Below are positions 33,815 through 33,915 of a DNA stretch of 33,915 nt, piece after piece. This DNA comes from a virus. Taxonomy: Duplodnaviria > Caudoviricetes. Under the pieces are notes generated by a model, which was not told the DNA's origin, ran no database searches, and saw nothing but the letters and a program-made list of their open reading frames with translations. A program made the translations under genes and the position numbers. Location: positions 1 to 33,915 of IMG/VR virus record IMGVR_UViG_3300030376_001983. One strand, written 5' to 3'. How positions within the stretch are numbered: position 1 is the first letter of the stretch; each line of letters starts with the position of its first letter.

Positions 33815-33915
33815 GTACACTAGAAGTATCCAACCTCAACGATGGCACAACAACTGTAGCGACTACGTTTGTTACTGGTGGGTCTGCAAAGTCTTGGTGT
33901 CAATGGAGTGGAGCC
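33811..33915 (+). CDS. Partial tip protein C (5' end)
   Basis: Matches 839..943 with one synonymous change; truncated by the window end. Confidence 0.85.
   Translation, partial: MSTLEVSNLNDGTTTVATTFVTGGSAKSWCQWSGA

Larger units (their letters stand above)
32961..33915 (+). repeat. Mosaic terminal redundancy with 1..943
   Basis: Three near-identical blocks separated by two non-matching cores. Confidence 0.95.

Overview
The window is essentially one complete, circularly permuted short-tailed (podovirus-type) phage genome of about 33 kb. Its architecture resembles marine HTVC010P/BPP-1-like phages, probably infecting an alphaproteobacterium (inference). The minus-strand early block (5.1-10.7 kb) encodes an SSB-like protein, an ERF annealase, a YqaJ-type exonuclease, an Hjc-type resolvase, and HTH and Zn-finger proteins. 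I recognise no DNA polymerase, primase, helicase or integrase. The plus-strand late block runs terS, a cluster of tiny very basic proteins, terL, portal, scaffold, capsid, tail tube A/B, internal virion proteins, a multi-gene tail fibre module, then lysis genes. Main observation: the two ends (1-943 and 32961-33915) cover the same locus but are not simple copies. Three near-identical blocks at gene junctions alternate with two highly divergent cores, giving two alternative alleles of two tandem paralogous fibre-tip genes, with no reverse transcriptase or invertase present. Other signals: a TTGTGCGTT motif before four late modules, a structured 3' element after ssb carrying a sequence complementary to a shared early RBS, and dense hairpin arrays around the first early gene.
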